NCBI RefSeq assembly: GCF_041802885.1
Contig: NZ_JBHCHN010000021.1
Location: 1,061 to 65,060, forward strand
Direction of reading: 5' to 3'
Length of the DNA stretch: 64,000 bases
Source: Streptococcus sp.
GTDB lineage: Bacteria > Bacillota > Bacilli > Lactobacillales > Streptococcaceae
Shown: piece by piece, positions 44,023 to 53,386 of the stretch
How positions within the stretch are numbered: the first letter of the stretch is position 1
Layout of the letters: each line of letters opens with the position of its first letter
Notes under the pieces: generated by a model
Seen by the model: the letters and a program-made list of their open reading frames with translations, nothing else
Databases searched by the model: none
Told to the model about the DNA's origin: nothing
Translations under genes and position numbers: made by a program

Positions 44023-44165
44023 TTGCGACTATCATCTTAGCTCTAGGCATTGCTGCCGCTGTCTTTTTTGGACTCAAATCCTTTGTCAAAGGAAAGGGTT
44101 CCTGTGGAGACTGTGCTTGTTCCTGTCCCATCAAGGATGAAATGAAAAAGCCTGGACAGGAGTAA
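44019..44165 (+). CDS. FeoB-associated Cys-rich membrane peptide (48 aa; not in ORF track)
   Basis: MIATIILALGIAAAVFFGLKSFVKGKGSCGDCACSCP...; overlaps the feoB stop; SD GGAGGGAG. Confidence 0.85.
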   Translation: MIATIILALGIAAAVFFGLKSFVKGKGSCGDCACSCPIKDEMKKPGQE

Positions 44166-44263
44166 AAACTAGAAAGAAGCCCTTCAAACCTGGTTTGGAG
44201 GGTTTTATGCGCTCTCCAGAAGTGCTATAATAGAAACAGAAGAAGTGGAAAAGGGGAGAAAGA

Positions 44264-45124
44264 ATGCGGATAGATGGTAGACTTGCAAAAATGGTGATTA
44301 GACCACGGCCCAGAGTATCTCACAAGGGAAGCTTTGGTAAAGTTCTCTTGATTGGCGGCTCTTATCCTTATAATGGGGCCATTATCCTCTCCGCTTTGGC
44401 CAGTGTCCATGCTGGTGCAGGACTGGTAACGGTCGCTACAGAGAAGGATAATATTTCAGCCCTTCACAGCCAGCTGCCAGAAGCCATGGCCTTTGATGTC
44501 TATGATTTTAGTCTCTTGAAACAGCAAATCGAGCTGGCGGATGTCCTCTTAATTGGGCCAGGCTTAGGGGAGTCGGTCCTGGCTGGAAAGATTCTGGATT
44601 TGGTCCTGACAGGAGTCCAGGTCCATCAGAGCTTAATCATCGATGGTTCGGCCCTGAACCTCCTAGCCCAGGAAAATTCTGTTCACTGGCAGACCCAGCG
44701 ACTCGTCTTGACCCCTCATCAGAAGGAATGGGAGCGTTTATCAGGCCTGCCTATTTCAGAGCAGAATGAGGACAATACCCAAGAGGCTTTGCGTTGCTTT
44801 CCTGACCAAACTGTTCTCGTTGCCAAATCCCATGCAAGCAAGATATATCAGGGTCATCAGATTGGCTACCTGGATGTTGGGGGACCCTATCAGGCCACAG
44901 GCGGCATGGGAGACACTTTGGCTGGTATGATTGCAGCCTTCGTGGCCCAGTTTCCAACTGACTTCTTTGCCAGTGTAGCCGCAGCCACCTATCTCCACTC
45001 AGCTATTGCAGATGAACTGGCCCAGGAAGCCTACGTCGTCCTGCCCTCAGCCATCTCAAAAGCTATACCCAAATGGATGAAAAAACTGTCTGAAGCGCCT
45101 GAAATGGATGAGGTTTTCTTGTAA
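44264..45124 (+). CDS. nnrD: NAD(P)H-hydrate dehydratase
   Basis: HKGSFGKVL, IGPGLG, TPHQKEWERL, GGMGDTLAG. Confidence 0.92.
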   Translation: MRIDGRLAKMVIRPRPRVSHKGSFGKVLLIGGSYPYNGAIILSALASVHAGAGLVTVATEKDNISALHSQLPEAMAFDVYDFSLLKQQIELADVLLIGPGLGESVLAGKILDLVLTGVQVHQSLIIDGSALNLLAQENSVHWQTQRLVLTPHQKEWERLSGLPISEQNEDNTQEALRCFPDQTVLVAKSHASKIYQGHQIGYLDVGGPYQATGGMGDTLAGMIAAFVAQFPTDFFASVAAATYLHSAIADELAQEAYVVLPSAISKAIPKWMKKLSEAPEMDEVFL

Positions 45125-45157
45125 AGAATTTTGCTTATTTTTCTATATTTTCACGAA

Positions 45158-45172
45158 AAATTCCAGAAAATT
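45158..45172. promoter_or_regulatory. CodY-like box upstream of folD
   Basis: AAATTCCAGAAAATT, 13/15 match to consensus. Confidence 0.45.
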
Positions 45173-45268
45173 TTCTTCGATTCCGTACATTCTCTTTTCT
45201 TCTGATTAGATTGTTGGGAATTTACCCCGATTTTTAGTATAATAAAGAAAAAGATGAAGGAGTATGTT

Positions 45269-46117
45269 ATGGCATTGATTGATGGGAAGGTACTTGCGGC
45301 CAAGATGCAGGGGAAGTTGGCTGAAAAGACCGCTCAGTTGAAAGAAGAAAAAGGAATCGTTCCTGGTTTGGTGGTGATTCTAGTGGGAGAAGATCCTGCT
45401 AGTCAGGTCTATGTCCGCAATAAGGAGAGGTCTGCTCTGGCAGCCGGTTTCAAGAGTCAGGTTGTCCGTTTAGCAGAAACCACAACGGAAGAAGAGCTTT
45501 TGGCCTTGATTGAGAAATACAATCAGGATGCAGACTGGCACGGGATTTTAGTCCAGCTGCCACTTCCAGCCCATATCGATGAAGAAAAGGTGCTCTTTGC
45601 CATTTCACCGGAAAAGGATGTGGATGGCTTCCATCCGACCAATATGGGGAAACTCTGGTCTGGTCATGCGGTCATGGTTCCGTCCACGCCAGCTGGGATT
45701 ATGGAAATGTTCAAAGAGTACCAGGTGGATTTGACTGGTAAAAATGCGGTGGTCATTGGGCGTTCCAATATTGTTGGCAAACCCATGGCTCAACTGCTCA
45801 TGGATGCTCATGCGACAGTGACCATCGCCCATTCCCGGACCAAAAATCTGGCTGAATTGGCCCGCCAAGCGGATATCTTGGTGGTGGCCATCGGTCGAGG
45901 TCATTTTGTCACCAAGGATTTTGTCAAGGAAGGTGCAGTTGTCATTGATGTCGGCATGAACCGGGATGAAAATGGCAAGTTGATTGGTGATGTGAAATTT
46001 GATGAAGTTGTCCCTGTGGCCAGCTTGATTACGCCCGTTCCAGGCGGTGTGGGACCAATGACCATTACCATGCTGATGGAACAGACCTATGAGGCGGCCC
46101 TGCGAAGTTCTCGGTAG
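45269..46117 (+). CDS. folD: Methylene-THF dehydrogenase/cyclohydrolase
   Basis: [26 protein letters not shown]. Confidence 0.97.
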   Translation: MALIDGKVLAAKMQGKLAEKTAQLKEEKGIVPGLVVILVGEDPASQVYVRNKERSALAAGFKSQVVRLAETTTEEELLALIEKYNQDADWHGILVQLPLPAHIDEEKVLFAISPEKDVDGFHPTNMGKLWSGHAVMVPSTPAGIMEMFKEYQVDLTGKNAVVIGRSNIVGKPMAQLLMDAHATVTIAHSRTKNLAELARQADILVVAIGRGHFVTKDFVKEGAVVIDVGMNRDENGKLIGDVKFDEVVPVASLITPVPGGVGPMTITMLMEQTYEAALRSSR

Positions 46118-46130
46118 AGGAGGAATTCCT

Positions 46131-46904
46131 ATGAAATTTGTTTTTGATTTGGATGGGACCCTGTGTTTTGACCGCAGGACCATTGATGATGAAATCATGC
46201 AGGTCTTACTCAGTGCCCCTAAATATGGTCATGATCTTGCCTTTGCCACAACTCGTTCCTATCGTGATTGCCTTGGAACCTTGGGCCCAGAACTCAGCCA
46301 GAAACTAGTGGTTGGTCTCAATGGAGGCTTGGTTTATGAAAATGGGCAGCTGATTTTTGAGCGCTCGATTGATGAGCGGGCCTATCAGATTCTGGTGGAC
46401 TGGTGTCAAACCTATAATTTACCCTTCATAGTCGATGATCATTTTGATTATTCTGGCCAAATTCTTGAAAAAATGCCCTTTATTTCCAGAGTTGATCCGT
46501 TGCAAAAAGCTAAATACTTATCACTTGAAGATATCAAAAATCCGATTAAAATGGTGATTTATATGGGCAACCATGAAAATTTGGTCGAGGAAACTCTGGC
46601 CCAATTTGCCAATGAAAAGAGCCTAGAAGTCTTCTATGATGAAGGGGAGAAATGTATCTATCTCAATCCAGCAAAAACTCATAAAGCCAGTACTTTGGTC
46701 GAACATGTGGGCAATGATGTGGTCGTCTTTGGCAATGACCGCAATGATATTGAACTCTTCAAGGAATCTCTTTATGCAGTTCAGGTTGGAGATGTTTCAG
46801 TCTTGACAGAATTTGCGGACGAACAAGTCAAGCTGATTGGTGACTACAAATCAGCTATTGCTGCCAAGATTCTCGAAGTCTTTGCCCTTTTTAGAGGAAG
46901 ATAG
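46131..46904 (+). CDS. Cof-like HAD hydrolase
   Basis: FDLDGTL motif I, FGNDRND motif IV. Confidence 0.88.
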   Translation: MKFVFDLDGTLCFDRRTIDDEIMQVLLSAPKYGHDLAFATTRSYRDCLGTLGPELSQKLVVGLNGGLVYENGQLIFERSIDERAYQILVDWCQTYNLPFIVDDHFDYSGQILEKMPFISRVDPLQKAKYLSLEDIKNPIKMVIYMGNHENLVEETLAQFANEKSLEVFYDEGEKCIYLNPAKTHKASTLVEHVGNDVVVFGNDRNDIELFKESLYAVQVGDVSVLTEFADEQVKLIGDYKSAIAAKILEVFALFRGR

Positions 46905-46905
46905 A

Positions 46906-47020
46906 AAAATCAGCCCTAGGACCGATGCAGGTTCCTGCTTTTCAAGTTATACTATACTCAATCCTAAATATTTTTCATAATCTCCACAAAAACAGCAGTC
47001 AATCATGGCTGCTGTTTTTG
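46906..47020 (+). repeat. Repeat unit copy 1 (palindrome, -10 box, csRNA-like sRNA about 46960-47019, terminator)
   Basis: Aligns with copies at 47985 and 49543; identical 34-nt core TCAATCCTAAATATTTTTCATAATCTCCACAAAA. Confidence 0.9.
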
Positions 47021-47098
47021 TTGTTTGGAAGTTGATGAAATGAAGATTTTTATCAGAATATGCTATACTTGAAAAAAGGATCTTATGAAGGAGTACCT

Positions 47099-47986
47099 AT
47101 GCAAACAATCATCCCCCATCTTTGGTTTGACACGCAGGCCTTGGAGGCTGCCCAACTCTACACCAGCCTAATTCCTGACAGTCGGATTGACTGGACCCAC
47201 CAATTGACAGATACGCCTTCTGGTGATGCTGTTTTGATTCAATTTCAACTAGCCAATCTGACTCTGGCTGCTATCAGCGCGGGCCCTTACTTCAAACTCA
47301 ACGAATCGGCCTCGTTAATGGTTCATTTTCGGGATAAGGCCGAATTAGACCGTGTCTTTCAGCTTCTCTCTGAAGGTGGCCGCATCCTCATGCCACTGGG
47401 AGAGTATCCCTTCAATCCCTATTATGTTTGGTTTGAAGACCGCTTTGGTCTCTCCTGGCAATTTCTCCTAGTACCCCAGCTAGACAAGTCAGTTCATTTG
47501 GACATTTGCCTTCTCTTCTCAGAAGAGCAGGTTGGCTTGGCCAAACCCTTCTTAGATGAAGCCCTAACCATCTTCCCAGAAAGCCAGCAAGGCCAGCTCA
47601 GTTATTATCAGGAAGGGGAGAAGCAGGTGCCAGCAGCCCAGCTCAATTACGGGGAACTGCTCCTTGGTGATCAGAAACTGGTGGTCATGGATCATGGCTA
47701 TGGTGGAGTGGCCTACATCAACGAAGCCTTCTCACTTATGGTCTATACGGACAGTCAGGAAGAAACATCAAGACTCTATGATCTTCTTTCCCATGAGCCA
47801 AAGGCCGAGCAATGTGGCTGGGTCAAGGACCAATTTGGGCTTTCCTGGCAGATTGTTCCCCGTCCGCTCATGACGGCCTATGAGGAGCTATCCAAGGATC
47901 AAATGAAGGAAGTGAATGATGCCATCCTCAGCATGAAACGCCTGAATTATGATGAGATCGTCTCCTTAATCAAAAAAACCTCCTAA
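47099..47986 (+). CDS. VOC family protein (two PhnB/3-demethylubiquinone methyltransferase-like domains)
   Basis: IIPHLWFD, WFEDRFGLSWQ, CGWVKDQFGLSWQIVP. Confidence 0.88.
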   Translation: MQTIIPHLWFDTQALEAAQLYTSLIPDSRIDWTHQLTDTPSGDAVLIQFQLANLTLAAISAGPYFKLNESASLMVHFRDKAELDRVFQLLSEGGRILMPLGEYPFNPYYVWFEDRFGLSWQFLLVPQLDKSVHLDICLLFSEEQVGLAKPFLDEALTIFPESQQGQLSYYQEGEKQVPAAQLNYGELLLGDQKLVVMDHGYGGVAYINEAFSLMVYTDSQEETSRLYDLLSHEPKAEQCGWVKDQFGLSWQIVPRPLMTAYEELSKDQMKEVNDAILSMKRLNYDEIVSLIKKTS

Positions 47987-48098
47987 ATCAGTCCTAGGAC
48001 CGATGAAAAGGGAGAAATTTCGGGTTATACTGTATTCAATCCTAAATATTTTTCATAATCTCCACAAAAGCAGCAGTCAGCAATGGCTGCTGTTTTTG
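47985..48098 (+). repeat. Repeat unit copy 2 (csRNA-like sRNA about 48038-48097)
   Basis: Same architecture as copy 1; starts in the VOC stop codon. Confidence 0.9.
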
Positions 48099-48158
48099 GT
48101 TTAAACCAGTTTTTTTCTTATCAAAGTGCTATACTGAAAGAAAAAAGGAGATGATAGG

Positions 48159-49556
48159 ATGAAAAAACAGTTCAAAAAAATATTCAGCTCTTTTCTGGTG
48201 GTCTGTCTGGCTAGTTTTCTATTGATTAGCAGCACCGTCTTTGCTGCAGAAGACATAGACTATCGGGCTATTAGTCAACAAATAGCTCAGGATGTGGAGG
48301 CTTACCGGATTCCTGCTATGGCGGTGATAGTGGTGGACAAGAATCAAGTAGTATTTCAAGAAACCTATGGAGAAAATGTCAGTCCTGATAGTCCTTTTAT
48401 CATCGGTTCGATGAGCAAGTCCTTCACCGCACTTGCCATCATGCAACTGGTAGAAAAAGGAAAAATTGACTTGACTGCTCCGATTTCAACCTATATCGAT
48501 GCTTCCAAATGGTTTGTAAAGGATGGTCAAGATGAGAAAGTGACTGTGCGTGACCTTCTCCATCATACTAGTGGCCTTGGGACCTATCAGACCTTTGGTC
48601 ACTTGGAAATAACAGACTCTTATGGACAGCACCTCTATGCCAATGCCAATTATGGTTTGCTGGGGTTAATCATTGAAGCAGTGAGTGGAGAATCTTATGA
48701 GTCCTATGTGACAAAACATATTTTTCAGCCACTGAAGATGAGCCAATCTTCAGCCTCCCTGCAAGCCAGTATCGAAAAAGGCTTAATAGCAGGTTACCGC
48801 AATTACTTTGGCTTGCCCATTTCAGGTCCAGCGGATTATCCAGGTCCCATCGACAGAGGGAGCTGGGGAAGTGTTCCTGCGGGTTACCTCTCAGCCAGCA
48901 TATCGGATATGGGTAGATATCTGCAGATGTATCTGAGAGATGGAGACGCCATAATCAGCAAAGAGAGTGTCCAGCAGATGTTTTATGATACGGTGCCAGT
49001 TGATGATGAGGGTCTTCGATATGGTCTGGGCTGGGGCTATACCGAAAAAAGATTGGACCAGCCCCTTCTTGTGCATGCAGGTTTGGTGGAGAATTATACT
49101 TCCAAAATGTTTATCCTCCCTGAAAAAGAGATTGGCGTGGTAGTGTTGGTCAATATGAACGACTACTTGGTGACCAATAATGTACTGGATACAATCGTCG
49201 ATCCCTTGCTTGGTGAGCCTCGAAAAGATCTGCCAAATCACTATCTCCTTCTCCATCTGGCCATTGATGCCCTATATCTGCTATTGACCATCATCAGTAT
49301 TTATTCTTTCATCACCATTGGAAAATGGAAGCAAAAAGAGAAAGGGATGAAAACCTATATTCTGGATATTCTGCGCCATTTTCTTCTTCCAGTAGGTCTG
49401 CTCTGTCTCCCGCTCTTGGTTGGCAGTCCGCCTCGGATCATCTGGCTCTTTGTCAAAGATTTATTTGTTGTTCTCTATTTCAATGCCTGCGTCCTCATAC
49501 TCATTGGAGTGTATAAATTATTTCTTATCTGGAAGAATAGACAAAATCAGTCCTAG
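48159..49556 (+). CDS. Serine hydrolase, beta-lactamase class C/penicillin-binding superfamily, with signal peptide and C-terminal TM helices
   Basis: SxxK (GSMSKS), YxN (YANANY), HxG (VHAG). Confidence 0.88.
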   Translation: MKKQFKKIFSSFLVVCLASFLLISSTVFAAEDIDYRAISQQIAQDVEAYRIPAMAVIVVDKNQVVFQETYGENVSPDSPFIIGSMSKSFTALAIMQLVEKGKIDLTAPISTYIDASKWFVKDGQDEKVTVRDLLHHTSGLGTYQTFGHLEITDSYGQHLYANANYGLLGLIIEAVSGESYESYVTKHIFQPLKMSQSSASLQASIEKGLIAGYRNYFGLPISGPADYPGPIDRGSWGSVPAGYLSASISDMGRYLQMYLRDGDAIISKESVQQMFYDTVPVDDEGLRYGLGWGYTEKRLDQPLLVHAGLVENYTSKMFILPEKEIGVVVLVNMNDYLVTNNVLDTIVDPLLGEPRKDLPNHYLLLHLAIDALYLLLTIISIYSFITIGKWKQKEKGMKTYILDILRHFLLPVGLLCLPLLVGSPPRIIWLFVKDLFVVLYFNACVLILIGVYKLFLIWKNRQNQS

Positions 49557-49657
49557 GACCGATGAATAGGGAGAAGTTTTAGGTTATACTATACTCAATC
49601 CTAAATATTTTTCATAATCTCCACAAAAGCGGCAGTCAGCAATGGCTGCTGTTTTTG
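49543..49657 (+). repeat. Repeat unit copy 3 (csRNA-like sRNA about 49597-49656)
   Basis: Same architecture; supplies the last codons and TAG of the serine hydrolase. Confidence 0.9.
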
Positions 49658-49751
49658 TGTGGAAAAGTTTGATGCTTCCTAGCTTTCCGCTACCCTTTTT
49701 TATGCAAAAAATGGTATAATTGTATAGATATACAGCGAAGAAAAGGGTTTT

Positions 49752-51095
49752 ATGACAGAATATTTATCGGTCTCCCAGTTGACCAAGTATTTAAAGTTAA
49801 AATTTGACCGAGATCCTTATCTGGAGCGGGTTTACCTGACAGGTGAGGTGTCCAACTTCAGGCGGCGGCCGACCCATCAATACTTTTCCCTCAAGGATGA
49901 AAAGGCGGTCATCCAGGCTACCATCTGGGGCGGTGTTTACAAAAATCTAGGTTTTGAGCTGGAGGAAGGCATGAAAATCAATGTCATCGGCCGAGTCCAG
50001 CTCTATGAGCCCAGCGGTTCCTATTCCATCGTCATTGAAAAAGCTCAGCCAGATGGGGTCGGGGCATTGGCCATTCGCTTCGAGCAGTTGAAAAAGGCCC
50101 TGGCCCAGGAAGGCCTTTTTAACCCGGAGTGGAAACAGGTCCTGCCTCAGTTTGTCCAAAAAATCGGAGTCATCACCAGTCCAAGTGGAGCGGTTATCAA
50201 GGATATTATCACCACCGTTTCCCGGCGGTTTCCCGGTGTTGAAATTGTCCTCTATCCCACCAAGGTACAGGGAGATGGAGCGGCCCAGGAGGTGGCAGCC
50301 AATATCCAGGCTGCGAATCAGCGGGATGACTTGGATGTTCTCATTGTCGGTCGTGGCGGTGGCTCCATTGAAGACCTCTGGGCCTTCAATGAGGAAATCG
50401 TGGTGCGGGCCATCTTTGAATCTCGGATTCCCATCATTTCCAGTGTGGGCCATGAAACGGACACTACCTTGGCTGATTTTGTGGCGGATAGGCGGGCTGC
50501 AACCCCGACAGCAGCGGCGGAGCTCGCAACACCAGTGACCAAGGCGGATATCCTGGCCTGGATTGGGGAGCGGGAAAACAGGGCCTATCAGGCAGCCCTC
50601 AGAGCTATCAAGCAGAGGCAGGAGCGTTTGGAAAAGTCTAGCAAATCGGTCATCTTTCGGCAGCCTGAGCGGCTCTATGATGGCTATCTGCAAAAATTGG
50701 ATGGACTAATGACTCATTTGCAGTCAGCTATGCGCCAAACATACAGGGAGAATCTGAACGCAGAGAGAATCCTAAGCCAGCGCCTGCGGTCCTTGGACCT
50801 GCAGGGGCGTTTGACCAGCCTGAAAGAGAAAATCCAGCAGCAGGAGCGCCTCTTAAGGAGCAACATGGCCAATAGCTATGACCAGAAGGTGGCCAAGGCA
50901 GACAAGCTAATGGAGGCCTTGACCATGCTGGATACCAGCCGAATCGTGGCGCGTGGTTATGCCATGGTGGAGCAAGGGGGGCATGTCGTTGACAGTGTGT
51001 CCAAAATTGATGAGAAGGAAGCCATGACCATCCGGATGCGGGACGGTCAAGTTCATGTGGAGGTAAAAGATGTCCAAAGAGACGAAAACATTTGA
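49752..51095 (+). CDS. xseA: Exodeoxyribonuclease VII large subunit
   Basis: [33 protein letters not shown]. Confidence 0.97.
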   Translation: MTEYLSVSQLTKYLKLKFDRDPYLERVYLTGEVSNFRRRPTHQYFSLKDEKAVIQATIWGGVYKNLGFELEEGMKINVIGRVQLYEPSGSYSIVIEKAQPDGVGALAIRFEQLKKALAQEGLFNPEWKQVLPQFVQKIGVITSPSGAVIKDIITTVSRRFPGVEIVLYPTKVQGDGAAQEVAANIQAANQRDDLDVLIVGRGGGSIEDLWAFNEEIVVRAIFESRIPIISSVGHETDTTLADFVADRRAATPTAAAELATPVTKADILAWIGERENRAYQAALRAIKQRQERLEKSSKSVIFRQPERLYDGYLQKLDGLMTHLQSAMRQTYRENLNAERILSQRLRSLDLQGRLTSLKEKIQQQERLLRSNMANSYDQKVAKADKLMEALTMLDTSRIVARGYAMVEQGGHVVDSVSKIDEKEAMTIRMRDGQVHVEVKDVQRDENI

Positions 51096-51288
51096 AGAAA
51101 ATTTAGCGGAATTGGAAGCAGTGGTGACCAAGTTGGAGCAGGGGGATGTGGCCCTAGAAGAGGCTCTGTCTGAGTTCCAAAAGGGGATGAAGTTATCAAA
51201 GAGCTTGCAGAAAACCTTGAAGGAAGCAGAAGAAACCCTGGTTAAGGTCATGCAGGCTGATGGGACAGAAACAGAGATGGATGCCTGA
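51070..51288 (+). CDS. xseB: Exodeoxyribonuclease VII small subunit
   Basis: [20 protein letters not shown]. Confidence 0.95.
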   Translation: MSKETKTFEENLAELEAVVTKLEQGDVALEEALSEFQKGMKLSKSLQKTLKEAEETLVKVMQADGTETEMDA

Positions 51289-52154
51289 TGGACAAGTTAC
51301 AGGGAATTGATGCGGCTATCCGCCGCTTTTACGGGCAAGAGGCCGTTTCTGAGGAGCTGATCGAAGCCATCCTTTATTCGGTAGATGCGGGAGGGAAACG
51401 GATTCGCCCTCTCATCCTCCTAGAACTCTTAGAAGGCTTTGGTCTGGACTTGACGGAGGCCCATTTTGATGTGGCAGCAGCCTTGGAGATGATTCATACG
51501 GGCAGTCTCATTCATGATGACTTGCCGGCCATGGATGATGATGATTACCGTAGGGGGCGCTTGACCAGCCACAAGAAATTTGATGAGGCCACGGCCATCT
51601 TGGCTGGGGATAGTCTCTTCTTAGACCCCTTTGGCCTCTTGGCAGAGGCAGACTTACCAGCTCCTGTCCTTGTGAACCTAATCCAGGCCTTATCGGCTGC
51701 TTCTGGCACCTTTGGCATGGTTGGTGGCCAGGTCTTGGACATGAAGGGAGAGGGGCAGGACTTGAACTTGGACCAACTTTCGGCTATTCACGCCAATAAA
51801 ACAGGCCGGCTCTTGGCCTTTCCCTTTGAAGCAGCGGGCATCATTGCTCAGCAAAGCTTGGAAGTTCGCCATCAGCTCTTTGAGGCCGGCAGCCTGGTCG
51901 GTCATGCCTTTCAGGTGCGTGATGACATCTTGGATCTGACAGCCAGCTTTGAAGAGATTGGTAAGACACCTAAGAAGGACATTCTGTCTGAGAAGTCAAC
52001 CTATCCAAGTCTGCTCGGTCTGGAAAAATCTTATGAGATTCTAAAGGAATCCCTCGATCAAGCCCAAGCTATCTTCAAAGATTTGCAGCAGCAAGTTGGT
52101 TTTGACCCTGAAAAGATCCTGGAAATGCTAGAAAGGTTGCGACTGAATGTCTAA
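51288..52154 (+). CDS. ispA: Farnesyl/geranylgeranyl diphosphate synthase
   Basis: GGKRIRP, SLIHDDLPAMDDDD, FQVRDD. Confidence 0.95.
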   Translation: MDKLQGIDAAIRRFYGQEAVSEELIEAILYSVDAGGKRIRPLILLELLEGFGLDLTEAHFDVAAALEMIHTGSLIHDDLPAMDDDDYRRGRLTSHKKFDEATAILAGDSLFLDPFGLLAEADLPAPVLVNLIQALSAASGTFGMVGGQVLDMKGEGQDLNLDQLSAIHANKTGRLLAFPFEAAGIIAQQSLEVRHQLFEAGSLVGHAFQVRDDILDLTASFEEIGKTPKKDILSEKSTYPSLLGLEKSYEILKESLDQAQAIFKDLQQQVGFDPEKILEMLERLRLNV

Positions 52155-52968
52155 GGAAAGAGTGGATGTTTTGGCCTACAAACAGGGCCTCTTTGAGACC
52201 CGTGAGCAGGCCAAGCGAGGTGTCATGGCTGGCTTGGTGGTTTCGGTTCTTAATGGTGAGCGCTTTGACAAGCCAGGTGAAAAAATCGATGAGGCTACTG
52301 AACTCAAACTCAAGGGAGAAAAACTCAAGTATGTCAGCCGGGGCGGTCTGAAGCTGGAGAAGGCCTTGCAGGTCTTTGCTATCTCGGTGGAGGGTTTGAC
52401 CACCATTGACATCGGGGCCTCGACCGGTGGCTTTACGGATGTCATGCTGCAAAATGGTGCAGCCCTGGTTTACGCTGTTGATGTAGGGACCAATCAGCTG
52501 GTCTGGAAATTGCGCCAGGATGAGCGGGTCCGCTCCATGGAACAGTACAATTTCCGCTATGCTGAGAAGGATGACTTTACAGAAGGTCTGCCTAGCTTTG
52601 CCTCCATCGATGTCAGTTTTATTTCTCTGCGGCTCATCCTGCCAGCCCTCAACAAGGTTCTGGCTGACGGTGGGCAGGTCGCGGCCTTGATTAAGCCCCA
52701 ATTTGAAGCCGGCCGAGAGGCTATCGGAAAAAATGGCATCGTCCGAGACAGGGGTGTTCATGAAAAAGTTTTGAAAGATGTTGTTTCTTTTGCCATGGAA
52801 TACGGATTTACAGTTAGGGGACTGGATTTTTCTCCTATCCAGGGTGGCCATGGCAATATCGAATTTTTAGCTTATTTAGAAAAATCACAAGCGCCACAAA
52901 ATCTCCTAAAAGATTCGCTGGGGGAAGTCGTGGCCAGAGCACATGGAGAATTTACAAAAGATGAATAA
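52147..52968 (+). CDS. tlyA: TlyA family rRNA methyltransferase
   Basis: YVSRGGLKL, DIGASTGGFT, LIKPQFE. Confidence 0.95.
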   Translation: MSKERVDVLAYKQGLFETREQAKRGVMAGLVVSVLNGERFDKPGEKIDEATELKLKGEKLKYVSRGGLKLEKALQVFAISVEGLTTIDIGASTGGFTDVMLQNGAALVYAVDVGTNQLVWKLRQDERVRSMEQYNFRYAEKDDFTEGLPSFASIDVSFISLRLILPALNKVLADGGQVAALIKPQFEAGREAIGKNGIVRDRGVHEKVLKDVVSFAMEYGFTVRGLDFSPIQGGHGNIEFLAYLEKSQAPQNLLKDSLGEVVARAHGEFTKDE

Positions 52969-53383
52969 AAAAGAACGCTTGAATCTGATTAAGGACTTGG
53001 TGGTTCGCTATCCCATCGACACCCAAGAAGAAATGGTAGAAAAATTGAGCGAAGTTGGTGTCCACGCGACCCAGGCTACCGTCTCCCGCGATATCAAGGA
53101 GTTGGGGATTGTCAAGGTGCCAGTGGGCAAGGGCTACATTTATGGCCTGCCAAAGACAGGCAGCTCCAAGGTCCAAAATAAAAATGTCCTCAGCATTGAC
53201 TCAATGGATAAGATGCTCCATCTCAATCTGGTACCGGGCAGCACAGCTGTGGTCAAACGCCAGATTTTGGAGCGCTTCAAGGACCATATTTTCAGCATTA
53301 TCACGGATGACGACAGCATCCTCATCATCGTCAAGGAAGAGATGGCTCTTCCGCAAATTGAGCAAACAATAAGGGTTTGGTAA
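52961..53383 (+). CDS. argR: Arginine repressor (ArgR/AhrC family)
   Basis: TQATVSRDIKELG wHTH; synteny with tlyA-recN. Confidence 0.9.
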   Translation: MNKKERLNLIKDLVVRYPIDTQEEMVEKLSEVGVHATQATVSRDIKELGIVKVPVGKGYIYGLPKTGSSKVQNKNVLSIDSMDKMLHLNLVPGSTAVVKRQILERFKDHIFSIITDDDSILIIVKEEMALPQIEQTIRVW

Positions 53384-53386
53384 AGC

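Noticed and set aside
46955-46990. Repeat core as an Xer dif/difSL site
   Set aside because: It has only weak dyad symmetry around ATATTT and does not match difSL or the XerC/D consensus; the anti-SD/ATG reading fits better.
46906-49657. Triple repeat as a CRISPR array or classical integron attC sites
   Set aside because: Repeats are ~115 bp, the spacers are whole genes, and there are no cas genes. There is no RYYYAAC/GTTRRRY core pair and no intI.
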